A stretch of 18,657 nucleotides of DNA from Ginkgo biloba (taxonomy: Eukaryota; Plantae; Ginkgophyta), in NCBI GenBank assembly GCA_024626585.2, contig JANKJI020000001.1, forward strand, positions 15,180,573-15,199,229, given 5' to 3'. Under the pieces are notes generated by a model. That model saw only the letters and a list, made by a program, of their open reading frames with translations, was not told the DNA's origin and did no database searches. Shown piece by piece: positions 1 through 11,485 of the stretch. The position numbers were made by a program, and so were the translations under genes. Position 1 is the stretch's first letter, and each line of letters begins with the position of its first letter.

Positions 1-1456
1 GTCTTATGTTTCCTTTGTAATATGGTTTAAAGGTGAAGTTATCTCAAAGAAACTTTACACATACTTATTACAGAATTTTTCCAACCCTAAGAAACTTAAT
101 AGATCATGGATATTAGTCTAGTCAAATCCCTCAAGACTTCAAACTTGGATGGATTTACTCAAAAACCATGCTCATTTATGATAATACTAACAAATACTAT
201 ACATAGCAAAGTGTCCTTTATTTATATTTTCCTATAATTTATTCTCTCATAAATTTTGAAGGAACCACTACAAATGTATGAGTTGTNNNNNNNNNNNNNN
301 NNNNNNNNNNNNNNNNNNNNNNNNNNNNNNNNNNNNNNNNNNNNNNNNNNNNNNNNNNNNNNNNNNNNTCTATAAAGGATAAAATACCATTTTTCATCAA
401 CCTCATAAAATTTATAGGGGAATTATTTATCCTAAAAGGCATGACTAACCAATCAAATAACCCTCACTTGGTCTTAAAGGTAGTCTTCCAATTATCCTCC
501 TCCTCGATGCACACTTGAAGGTATCCAAATTTCAGTCAATATTATTAAATATTTTTTCTCTCTAAAACTAATCCAATANNNNNNNNNNNNNNNNNNNNNN
601 NNNNNNNNNNNAATTATGATTTTATTTATGGACCTAAAATTAATACATGAATTCCATGATCTATCCTTATTAGGTACCAAAATAACTAGTGAATCACATG
701 GAGATTCACTAGGATTGATGTGGACCTTCTCTAATAGTTCTTCCAACTTCCACTTGATCTCATCATTTTATAAAATTTATTTGTAGTAGAGTATACTATT
801 CAATAATGGAGTGTCTTGAACTGAATCAATAACATAGGATATGCCCTCTCTAGAGGAAGACCCATAGGAATTTTAAACACATCATCATACTCCTTCAAAA
901 TTCCTTGATCATGACTACATCATGTGTGGAAATTTTCAACTTCTCATGAGTCTTGACATGACTCATTTTTACCCAAAAGCATAATCAATAAAAACTTGTA
1001 TGAAGCTTGAACCAATAGTCTAGCTTAGGAGATATTCACTAGAATAGTGGTTTTTGTTATAGGTACAAATTTAATGTAGATGGAATGACCATCTTCATAC
1101 AGCTAATANNNNNNNNNNNNNNNNNNNNNNNNNNNNNNNNNNNNNNNNNNNNNNNNNNNNNNNNNNNNNNNNNNNNNNNNNNNNNNNNNNNNNNNNNNNN
1201 NNNNNNNNTAGTTCTTAAGAGTCCATTCAATATACTCATTGAGATAACTTGGTGAGTCCCTCTCATCCTCATGAATGGATTGATGGGAGGTACTAAAGTC
1301 TATAACTATGCCTCTTTTTTATCATCTTGAGTCTTCATGTTTTAGGCTATAGTCCTTGCAATGGATCTTAAATTAATAATATAAATAACCAAATAAAAAG
1401 TGGAATAAAAGATAGAAATAACTTCTAACTCTCAAGAGAATGCTTCTTTGATACCA
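1..1456 (-). mobile_element. Degenerate Ty3/gypsy LTR-retrotransposon internal region (reverse transcriptase remnant)
   Basis: Minus-strand translations EELLEKVHINPSESPCDSLVILVPNKDRSWNSCINFRSINKI (746-612), SGYHQVCIEEEDNWKTTFKTK..LFDWLVMPFRINNSPINFMRLM (about 530-395) and TNIHDLLSFLGL (about 117-82) match Ty3/gypsy RT motifs (PSxSP..VLVPKKDG.WR.C.DYR.LNK; GYHQ..KTAF..MPFGL.NAP.TF). Stops, frameshifts and strong CpG depletion are present. Confidence 0.85.
1445..1456 (-). other. Degenerate primer-binding site (tRNA-iMet type) of the gypsy element
   Basis: Minus strand reads TGGTATCAAAGA, a 10/12 match to the plant iMet PBS TGGTATCAGAGC, upstream of and co-oriented with the RT remnant. Confidence 0.6.
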
Positions 1457-1458
1457 AT

Positions 1459-2390
1459 TTATGCAAATACAATGTTAAATTATGATATAGAACCCTAAAC
1501 TTTATGGGAGTGGTTTGAAAGAATGAGTTTACTCAAAGGATTGGCACTTTTTTAATCTATCAAATTTCTCATATAGCTACTATAGACCTAGGAAAAAATA
1601 GTTGTTGTAATTCAAAGTCAAATCTCATATCCAAAATAAGAAAAACACNNNNNNNNNNNNNNNNNNNNNNNNNNNNNNNNNNNNNNNNNNNNNNNNNNNN
1701 TATGGGTTTCCTTAGTCACATGAAAGCTTTACTTGATCCCATAGTGGGTTTTCCTAAATGAGGCATAATAAATCTCCATAATTCCATGGGTTTTCTTATG
1801 AACCCAAAGTTATCTTTCTAGAATTCTATACGTACAAAACTTGTATGCGTATCAAAGTCAATAGTCTAACTATGATGTCTTTTACCTGTAAGGAAACATG
1901 AAAAACTTATAAAACTAGATTCTAAATCTATCAAATAATCTAACAAGGGATAAATGGTGGTAAGAGAAAAAATAAGACTAAAGATAGAATTTATATAGAA
2001 TGAATACTTGGAATTACTAGCAATACCATACATATTAAAATAAAAATTCCTAGGCTTTCTCAAATAGATGATTTGTGGTCCCAAAATAGAGTGGTTCTCG
2101 TGCGGAGCTAGGATTATGAAGCCACTTATGTAACTAAATGCATGAAAGGAGTATTTAATTATAAGTAAATGTAAATCATCCATCCATCTAATCCATATAA
2201 TAAGTCCTATCTAATAATGGATGGTGGAGACTAGGCCAGATAAGGAGAAAATCTATGATGAGGAAAATCTCTTATTTTATATATAGGAAATTTAATTAAA
2301 TCCTTATAAGGATTCCTCAAGGTCATATCCCCTATGATTATATATTCCATAGGACCTCCTAAAATTCCCTTGAACTATCTTAGCTCATCA
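1459..2390 (-). mobile_element. Candidate 5' LTR of the gypsy element
   Basis: Minus strand begins TGATG at 2390 and ends CATAA (a decayed CATCA) 2 nt before the PBS; largely CpG-poor. No second LTR is in the window, so the boundaries are tentative. Confidence 0.3.
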
Positions 2391-3160
2391 CAAATTATTT
2401 TGAAAACTACATACCTTGATGTTTACTTTCAAAATACATAAAATATTTTTGAAAATTCTATCAAAATTACATAAAACATTTATTAATGGNNNNNNNNNNN
2501 NNNNNNNNNNNNNNNNNNNNNNNNNNNNNNNNNNNNNNNNNNNNNNNNNNNNNNNNNNNNNNNNNNNNNNNNNNNNNNNNNNNNNNNNNGAGGTTGCTAT
2601 TGTAAGAGTCTTTGAAAATGACTAAATGAGGTAAACAAAAAAACTTTTACTTGCTGTCCACCACTAAATATTAGCTCCCAAATTGATTGTTCTCACTTCC
2701 ACATGGTTGTCCGATGTTTGCTTCAACTACCCTTACGAATATATCATTGAAAAAAGTTGAAAATGTTGCCCACAAGAAAAAATAATGAGAACACTGTTGA
2801 AAGTCTGCGTGTTGCCCATAAAAATTAGAATGACTTTAAAGGTTTTGGTTTTACGTTTTAGTGTTGATTTAACATTCTTTTTTTTAATTTTTTTTTATTT
2901 AAAGTAAAAAGCTAAATAAATAAAAATAAAAAAACAAGGGAAGCGACCGCTTCCCACCGAAAAATGACTCTCGACCATACCCGAAATAAGTACGATCAGG
3001 TTATGAATGGAAAATGTTTCTTAATCGTACCACTCCCATTTTCGAGCCATATCCGTATCTAAAATGGTTTGGATACGGGATATATGACCCCCAAGGTAGA
3101 TCCTAGTAACTCATAATGAAATCTTATGACAAGGAGTAACAAAATTGTGTTAACAAAAGA

Positions 3161-3268
3161 AAACATCACATTTAACTCCATAAGTCTAAAGACCCCACAA
3201 GCAAGCCAATAAACAAACATCACATTTAACTCCATAAGTCTAAAGACCCCGTAAGCAAACCAATCAAT
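3161..3268. repeat. 54-bp tandem duplication (2 copies)
   Basis: aaacatcacatttaactccataagtctaaagacccc... starts at 3161 and 3215; 5 mismatches, all in the last third of the unit. Confidence 0.95.
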
Positions 3269-5749
3269 AACTTTCTCCAAATTTGTAGCAATTTAAAATT
3301 CATATAAACTCTTTGGTGTGTGTCAATAATGACATGTGTGCAACAACATTTTTAAGTCTTTTGTGTGCTTTTTGTATCACAAGGCTAATAGTTTTATTAT
3401 AAAAGATTATCCTTCCTTTTATGACAAGCAACATAGTAATATTCCTCGAATCACATTTTTGAACCAATAATTTGGTATTTTTAGTGTTTAAGAAAAAAGC
3501 TTTATGTCTTATGGAGGTGCGTGCTTTAATACTTCTCAAGCATGCTTCATATTATATGAAGGTCACTAATTGGATGTAGTTATAATCAAGTCTCTAATGC
3601 ACCACTGCATTATCTTGTTATCAACATATGGCCTTATCACACTCAAATGAATCCCAAGATGCTCTCGTACTTAAATGCATTAAAGATAAAAACATTACTA
3701 TGAACATGAGGGTCACGTGAAATTGCTATAAAGTTCAAATCTCATCAAATGGTTTTGGTTATAATTTTGAATTGGTCAAATTCGCAAGCCCCGTATTTAT
3801 GGGCTACCATGTTCTCACATGATTTAGAGCATACATATCTAATNNNNNNNCTTAATACGAAGGGCACATGATGCCTTTGACATCAAATCCTCGAGCACGT
3901 TTTGCACAACCACATTAGAAGATAAAACTTAGGGTTGGGGGATTATAAATATAAAGTCACTTTATGGAGGTTTCAACCTTTTGACATTGTCAAAGTCCTT
4001 GATCCTTCTATGCTATCGAAAATGTTCGAAGTTGTAGTAGGCGCTATGACTTCAATAACAAGACTTTCAATAAAATGTTCTATTAATTTACGGTTTTGAT
4101 TCGATAGGAAGTTGGCCCTACTCATAGGATACGTGGGTGTGAAATGTCTGACTTGGATCTCGTGGAAATTGCAAAAGACTAGTAATCCCTACATACATAC
4201 ACTAAAAAGTAGAAAGCCATTTTGAGAGGATTCGAGGAAAATGAATCTTGACAATTTTGGGACCAGTCTATGCTCCCATCAAGTTCCTTACAGATGCACA
4301 TTGAAGGAGTGTACAAACCACCTGATGAAAACCCGCTGGTGGGATTGACAATTTCGGTGGAAACACAATGTAAAAATGTTGGAATTGTGTACATTCGGAT
4401 TCAAAATTAAACACTGAAAATATCACTTTTAGTTGCAATTCCGCTCAGGGGTTTCGAATTTGATGGGTGCGTAGACTCGTGGATAACTTTGATCATGTTA
4501 TCCAAGTGGCCAGTGAGGAGTGATTACTCCACCGTAAGATTCAAATCCAATCAAATGGCAACACGATTCCTCGTGTAAGGTGCACAATGTTTGACTTTAG
4601 AGTTGTAGTATTTGCAAATTCAAACATTGACGAGGACACAATAAACTTAGTAGCTCACGGACGTTCACACTTTGATTTGGTTATCCCAACCAGGTGATTC
4701 ACAACGAATTTCACCACCTTGGCAACTGGTGAAATCCTTCCATTGACAATTTGACGTATGTAAACTTTTGAACCTTTAAATAAAATGTATTCAGAATATA
4801 GTTTATCTTCAATAAAAAAATTACCATTGCATTATCAAGAATGCTCCATCTAGAGTCTTATCTTGCAGTATCTAGTTCTACAAATACCAGTTGGCAGTCA
4901 GCGTGGAGAATCCCCATGCATAACATAAAACAATGTTATCATAATCGTAACTCTTGCAGTGCTAAAAGACATTGGCTAGCTCATTAATGCTAAGCAGGAA
5001 CTTTAATTAGAACCATGTTAACAGAATGGCATGCTAAGCTGCAAGTAAATTTCAGATCCAAGAAGCGTACAATCGAGAACCATAATCTATATTTCTTCTC
5101 AGGGGAGCTCTGATCATCAATACATGCTCCCATCCAAAAATACAGAAAGCAGTAAATCAAGCTTGATACTCCTATCAGTCACTGTATATGACTAGTAATC
5201 ACTTTAGAAAGACTAGCATCAACCGTTTTGTCTTCATGGCAAATAAAAAATTTAAAAACTAAACCGAATCGCCCCGAGAAACTATAAAAAAAAAAATGTA
5301 AACCAAATAANNNNNNNNNNNNNNNNNNNNNNNNNNNNNNNNNNNNNNNNNNNNNNNNNNNNNNNNNNNNNNNNNNNNNNNNNNNNNNNNNNNNNNNNNN
5401 NNNNNNNNNNGATATGAAATGAATGGTCACCTGAGATTCAAAATGTAAAGAGTCACATGAAGGGTTTAATATTGAAGATCTAAGGAGATTTGATAAAGAA
5501 CTGCTCCTAGATTAAGCAAGTTCTAGGTAATTGTTTGTAGATGCAAGCTAGTACCTCAGTTGAATAAAAGTAGTCTGTTCATGTTATTATTATGACTCAA
5601 TTTTTAAATTATTCATTTATTATTTAATATGTGATTTTTATTATATTATATGCCTNNNNNNNNNNNNNNNNNNNNAGACTTGTTAAGGTCATATGTATCT
5701 TATAGGTAAAAAATTTGAAAAGAGAAACTTATTTTTGTTGAGTTCCCAT

Positions 5750-5943
5750 ACAATAATAGTAATCATATAGCCATACATATGAAACCATTAAATTTTATGT
5801 ATGGTGATGATCCTCTTATTACTATTTAGATAGATTTAAAGAATTGACAATAATAGTAATCATATAGCCATACATACGAAACCATTCAAGGTTATGTATA
5901 CTTATGATCCTCTTATTACTATTTAGATAGATTTGAAGAATTT
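5750..5943. repeat. 97-bp tandem duplication (2 copies)
   Basis: acaataatagtaatcatatagccatacata...atgatcctcttattactatttagatagattt starts at 5750 and 5847, with about ten substitutions. Confidence 0.95.
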
Positions 5944-6229
5944 AAAAGATAAGACTCAAGTTTTCTTCGAGATAATTGAGGAGATAAAAAATTATTTGAG
6001 GAAATATAAGAGGAATATTGAAAGGGAACAATATCCTACCAACTTGTATGCATACTAGAAGAGATCACCCAAATATGTTGAGATGGAGCTGCTATCTGGA
6101 AAACAGAAATGGGTGTGCAGCAAGGACCAATAATATTATTCAGCTTCCTCCCTGTGGCTCTGTACATGAATTTGGTTGAGCCCAACACCAATAAGCATGA
6201 ATTTGTGCAGCTTGGAAAGGAATTGATCT

Positions 6230-6698
6230 TCATTCTTTGCTGTGCTTTTGGCCGGTTGGTGCATCTTTCTTGACAGTTGAAGTTGAAGCAACAGCAAAGA
6301 ATTCTGAGATGACTTCCAGAGGGAAACCCTTGGTCTCTGGAACTTTAAGGAAGATAAATACCCATGCAATTACACTCATGACAGCAAAGAATCCGAAAAC
6401 GCCTGAAAGTCCCAAGTTCTTGTTCAAGGTGGGAAAGGAGAATGTGATAATCATGTTGGAGATCCACATCATTATTCCACACAATCCCAGACACACTCCT
6501 CTTACTCTTGTTGGAAAAATTTCTGAACACAGAATGTTTGGAATTGCACCAAATCCCATAGAGAAGGAACAAAAGAATACCATGAGGCTCACAATTGAAA
6601 TTCCACCCTGAACAAGCCCTGGTTCCAGCACTTGATTTGACACAACAATCACAAGCATTGAAACGAATAGTACTGGGGTGGTTGTTAGGAGGATTTGC
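6230..6698 (-). CDS. TST: TST terminal coding exon (469 nt)
   Basis: Acceptor catgcag|G; QILLTTTP...EIFPTRVRG...KVPETKGFPLEVISEFF...stop TGA ending at 6230. Confidence 0.93.
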
Positions 6699-8917
6699 CT
6701 GCATGCACCCATTTGAATTGAGTTTTATCACATATTTTACAGAACCTAAAGAAAAGAGGCGATTTCAAGCTCCTGACATTAAACTTAAAAATTAAGAGAG
6801 CATTGGTATTATTAGTAGTATTATCAGTTATACCTTCTTCCTGCACGATCCATCAGCCACATTGCAAATACCAGAAAGGGCAGCATTGGCAGAGATGTGA
6901 CTGCACTTGCCAACAGAGAAGCAGAGTTTGACTCAATGCCTGCTTGAACTAGCAAGGTGTCAACTCCAGTGTGTTCAAGTATTTGAGGTGTGAAGAATAT
7001 AACTGCACTGATACCGCAGAACTGTATACACACAAGATCATGTGTTAGACATGATTGTGAATGAAGTAAAATAGCAGAGAAAAAAATCTGTAATATGTGA
7101 TGAAATTAAGAATGAGGTTACCTGCTGAAGTAATTGAAGGGTAAGCCCAATTGCGAGAGCTCTTCTCACCCTTATCTCAAGGAAGTCAGACAATGAAAGT
7201 CCCTTCTTGGCTATTTTTGAAGGGTGCACAATTGCAGGTCCACTAACATTTCCTACTGCATCTGTCAAGCATAAGGCCGCTTCACCCACCAAAGCAGCAA
7301 CCTGCACAGGTTCATGTTCATGCAAACCGGGCAAAGATCTCATGGAACTGACAGCCGAGGGAGCATGAGAAACAGATTCAGGAAACAGGAAAACCCTCTT
7401 CAGTCTGCCACTCTCGTTTGCTTCACCAGATTTTTGCCATTGCCAAGCCAATTGCCAACCACCTCCCAATCCCATCCCTTCATCAGTTGGGCAGGAGTAC
7501 CAACTGCCCATTATGCTGCTCTTTCTNNNNNNNNNNNNNNNNNNNNNNNNNNNNNNNNNNNNNNNNNNNNNNNNNNNNNNNNNNNNNNNNNNNNNNNNNN
7601 NNNNNNNNNNNNNNNNNNNNNNNNNNNNNNNNNNNNNNNNNNNNNNNNNNNNNNNNNNNNNNNNNNNNNNNNNNNNNNNNNNNNNNNNNNNNNNNNNNNN
7701 NNNNNNNNNNNNNNNNNNNNNNNNNNNNNNNNNNNNNNNNNNNNNNNNNNNNNNNNNNNNNNNNNNNCCATCATGATGATCATCATGAGTTCCCCCTGGA
7801 TTCTCTTCATCCCATTGTGTGCCTCCACCAACTTCTTCCAATCCATCTAAGTGTTGATCTGTAAGAGGCTGCTGAAAGCTTCCAATAAGGGCGACTGTAG
7901 GATCCATTAGATGATGCAGATTCGAATCTGCCTGGCTGCCAAATATAGACATTCGTTGCTCAGGTTCCACAAAAGAAGCTGGCTTTGCTATCCATGACTC
8001 ATCCTCCTGAATACCATAGAGGTGAATCCCCTCCTCTTCTTGTTTGCGTTCTTCATCAATGTTCTCTGCATGTTCCACCACATATTCCTCNNNNNNNNNN
8101 NNNNNNNNNNNNNNNTGCTTCCCAGTCCTTCTACCAGCAGTGCAAGCTCCGCTGCATGGGAACAAAAACCAACCAAAATTAGTAACAAGACCTATAATTG
8201 CATTTACAATAATATCCAGCCAATACCCACCATTGAATAATTCTATATTAATCGAGTTACACTTGCACTAATATCTAACTAACCATAATAGGGTTAACCC
8301 GCTATTGTTCTATGTTAATCTAGGTGATAACATCTCTGCAATGCATTTACCTGCAACGTTGTCTCTGTTAAGAAGCTTCTGCAGAACTTGTTTTGCGGTA
8401 AGCATCCTGCCCTTGCTTACAAGCCATCTTGGGGACTCGGGTAGATAAAAAAAGCACAAGAAGAGATAGAGAATAGAAGGAAAAAGCAAGGATGCTGTCA
8501 TCCATCTCCAACTGGGGTTACCTCCAAGTGAAAGCCCAAAAACCATACAGTATGCCAAGAATGTCCCTCCCGAAGAGGTGAGCTGTGGAAATGTTGCCAA
8601 CTGTCCTCGGATGTGTGAAGGAGCTGTCTCTGCTATCAGAAGAGGAACGATCGTTGAAGAAAATCCATATGCACACCCAACTACAAAACGGGCTGCAATG
8701 AGTTCGTAAACATCAGGAGACAAGGCCATTCCACAAGCACTCAGTAAATACAGAGCTCCAGCCATACACAAGACTGCGCGCCTGCCAAATTTGTCGGCCA
8801 AAAATCCTGCTACTGATGTGCTGCATAGACCTCCTATGACACTGCAAGCTATTATCAGTCCCTCTGTTGCCGGTGCTTCTTCTAGATGAAACTCTGGCTT
8901 AATATACAACAAGGCAC
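6230..8917 (-). CDS. TST: Tonoplast sugar transporter / tonoplast monosaccharide transporter (MFS sugar porter with long central loop); 5'-partial; visible exons 8917-8351, 8151-7122, 7021-6834, 6698-6230
   Basis: Sugar-porter motifs ADKFGRR, ETAP..IRG, LPESPRWLVSKGRM, MDRAGRR, EIFPTRVRG and KVPETKG; TST-specific long hydrophilic loop with ELALLVEGLG, DPTVALIGS and GLGGGWQLAW. All visible introns are GT-AG with matching phases. N gaps at 8091-8115 and 7527-7767 lie inside the large exon. Confidence 0.93.
6834..7021 (-). CDS. TST: TST exon (188 nt)
   Basis: Acceptor atacag|TTC; donor AG|gtataa; FCGISAVIFFTPQILE...MDRAGR. Confidence 0.92.
7122..8151 (-). CDS. TST: TST large central-loop exon (contains two N gaps)
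   Basis: Acceptor cccatgcag|CG at 8152/8151; donor CAG|gtaacc at 7122/7121; ELALLVEGLGS...GGGWQLAWQW...VRRALAIGLTLQLLQQ. Confidence 0.88.
8351..8917 (-). CDS. TST: TST exon (567 nt; N-terminal TM domain)
   Basis: Acceptor ttttgtgcag|GT at 8918/8917; donor G|gtaaat at 8351/8350; translates GALLYIKPEF...PESPRWLVSKGRM...RDNVA. Confidence 0.92.
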
Positions 8918-10059
8918 CTGCACAAAACATAACAATATTCTATGGGTGATCAAATATCAACATAGGAGGATCCCCAACAAACCCTGATATATCTACCATT
9001 AAGACACAATAATGAAGCATATAGAATAATTAAAAGTATTAGTGTTCATGTGGAACACATGACAAAATCAGATTACAGATACCCAACTTAAAGGCTGATT
9101 AAAAATATATATCCTAATTACAGTGAGTCAAAGATAATTATACCAAATTGTATATGATTTATGATCCAATATTAATTAGTCTACCATTGATAAACAAAAT
9201 TAAAAGAATGATCAGAATAAATATTCCCAAATTCTACATGAAGCATCCCAAGGGAAATCATATATGAGTTATTCCATTTTAAGGGAGATGAAGGGAGAAT
9301 TTGAATACTGATATCTATCTTCTGAATATGAAATACTCTACAGGTTGATATATATGAAATGCATTCCANNNNNNNNNNNNNNNNNNNNNNNNNNNNNNNN
9401 NNNNNNNNNNNNNNNNNNNNNNNNNNNNNNNNNNNNNNNNNNNNNNNNNNNNNNNNNNNNNNNNNNNNNNNNNNNNNNNNNNNNNNNNNNNNNNNNNNNN
9501 NNNNNNNNNNNNNNNNNNNNNNNNNNNNNNNNNNNNNNNNNNNNNNNNNNNNNNNNNNNNNNNNNNNNNNNNNNNNNNNNNNNNNNNNNNNNNNNNNNNN
9601 NNNNNNNNNNNNNNNNNNNNNNNNNNNNNNNNNNNNNNNNNNNNNNNNNNNNNNNNNNNNNNNNNNNNNNNNNNNNNNNNNNNNNNNNNNNNNNNNNNNN
9701 NNNNNNNNNNNNNNNNNNNNNNNNNNNNNNNNNNNNNNNNNNNNNNNNNNNNNNNNNNNNNNNNNNNNNNNNNNNNNNNNNNNNNNNNNNNNNNNNNNNN
9801 NNNNNNNNNNNNNNNNNNNNNNNNNNNNNNNNNNNNNNNNNNNNNNNNNNNNNNNNNNNNNNNNNNNNNNNNNNNNNNNNNNNNNNNNNNNNNNNNNNNN
9901 NNNNNNNNNNNNNNNNNNNNNNNNNNNNNNNNNNNNNNNNNNNNNNNNNNNNNNNNNNNNNNNNNNNNNNNNNATATGCCACAAGGGTAAACCAAATTCT
10001 TTCTCTTTCCTCTGTATCTGCAACTAAACCGGATCAATCTTCAGTTTTCTTTCCAAAAT

Positions 10060-10350
10060 TATAAAATTCCAGCCCGATTCTACGCTTTTCCTTCTCTGAG
10101 TTGGATGTCTTATGCTACGACCTGTCGTCAAAAATGGTACGCGACGGACGTCAAAAATGGTACGCGACGGAGATCAAGTTCAAGTAAACCAAAAAATAAG
10201 AACACGCCCCGCGTTTAGGCAACTCCATGGCATAGCAAATATGATAATGAGATAACTATGTAAAACCAAAATATAGTATTGGTGATTCATCCAATGAAGG
10301 CAAATTTCCACTAGGATATGACGAGATAATGTTTGTGACGTGTCGTTGGT
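10060..10350 (-). promoter_or_regulatory. Putative TST promoter region (CpG-retaining)
   Basis: Lies upstream of the TST exons and is CpG-rich relative to the decayed repeats. Contains TGACG twice, CCGCGT (10209-10214, CAMTA-type CGCG box) and TGACGTGTC (10336-10344, ABRE-like). Such short motifs are weak evidence and the TSS is unknown. Confidence 0.35.
10126..10171. repeat. Perfect 23-bp tandem duplication containing a TGACG motif (minus strand)
   Basis: cgtcaaaaatggtacgcgacgga at 10126-10148 and 10149-10171. Confidence 0.95.
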
Positions 10351-10356
10351 CGGAAC

Positions 10357-11384
10357 ACCACGACCCAATAGAGCATGTGCTAGTATTTTGTGTGTTGTTC
10401 CATCATACAAGATATGGGTTCGCATAGGACAATTATAGGAACTTTGTTTACAGTTCCCATGGGTCGAACCTTGGATTGATCCGCCATTGTTAAGGTAAAA
10501 CGAGCAAGTGAGAGGGTTGGCCTCCTAATGGTGTTCCACGTGCTTTTCGAAATAACATTCACAGCAGAGCCACCATCTATAATTGCCCTCTTTTTATCTC
10601 GTGCTTATCAATCGTCATGGAAACTTGAGGATTAAGATTGAGATTAGGCTTCATCCAACATATAGGTTTATCATCTTTCTTCTTCGCATCATACGCTAGA
10701 GAATGGTATAAACTAAGCTCCCAGAGCTCTAGTATTTTGGTGGGAGGTACTATTAGGTTTAGGTCCTCTACCAATTATTTTAATAAATTCATCTTCTCAC
10801 TTCGAGTAAGATGTTCTAGGTTCATTTTCCCTGCTACTTGTGTAGTTAGTTGCACTGCAGGGTCATNNNNNNNNNNNNNNNNNNNNNNNNNNNNNNNNNN
10901 NNNNNNNNNNNNNNNNNNNNNNNNNNNNNNNNNNNNNNNNNNNNNNNNNNNNNNNNNNNNNNNATGATTAATTTCTTCTTTAGCCTTTTCTTAGCGAAGT
11001 CTTTCAAGCTCCTCTTCTACTTTTTTCGTAGCTTCCCTTTTTTCTTTTGGTTCTTTCGTAGCTGTGTCGAGTGCTTCCTTGGCAACAACAAATTGATCCT
11101 TCTCCTTTTTTCAATTCTAAAAATTTGTCTTCTTGTTTTGTATTCATCTTCTTTTAGGAACGGGTGCAAACATTTACATCGTAATTGTCTTCGTTGTCCC
11201 AGGTCCAACTGAATGGTTAGAACCCTTATCATTCTTGAAACAGTCCTTAGTTTTGTGGTCAACGGGGCCACATTTCATACAAATCTCTCATTTATGATCC
11301 TTATGAGGGAAGTTTTTAGCATCATGCCCCCAATTCATGCAACGAGGAGAACATATGGGAGGAATATCCTCCTCGTCAACCACT
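10357..11384 (-). mobile_element. Degenerate Ty3/gypsy gag-protease remnant
   Basis: Intact CCHC zinc knuckle CMKCGPVDHKTKDC at 11281-11240, preceded by a decayed knuckle (PRCMNWGHDAKNF). Aspartic protease AIIDGGSAVNVI (Asp codon 10577-10575)...MADQSKVRPMG...ALLGRG, with frameshifts and stops. Confidence 0.8.
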
Positions 11385-11485
11385 NNNNNNNNNNNNNNNN
11401 NNNNNNNNNNNNNNNNNNNNNNNNNNNNNNNNNNNNNNNNNNNNNNNNNNNNNNNNNNNNNNNNNNNNNNNNNNNNNNNNNNNNA

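Noticed and set aside
3047-3086. Imperfect inverted repeat catatccgtatc/gatacgggatatatg resembling DNA-transposon subterminal motifs
   Set aside because: No terminal inverted repeats or target-site duplication could be delimited.
3059-3280. 73-aa ORF with an internal 18-aa repeat
   Set aside because: The repeat is just the 54-bp DNA duplication; no coding evidence.
4708-4735. 9-bp inverted repeat atttcacca/tggtgaaat
   Set aside because: Short and isolated; compatible with chance.
6237-6611. Plus-strand ORFs antisense to TST, and likewise to FBA exons (e.g. 15536-15841, 16735-17022)
   Set aside because: Shadow ORFs of real coding exons with no independent protein signal.
8091-8115. Apparent frameshift in the large TST exon
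   Set aside because: The frame change falls across a 25-N gap whose length is unreliable, so it is not evidence of a pseudogene.
9181-10064. Long ORFs in several frames of the ORF track
   Set aside because: They consist almost entirely of N-gap translation.
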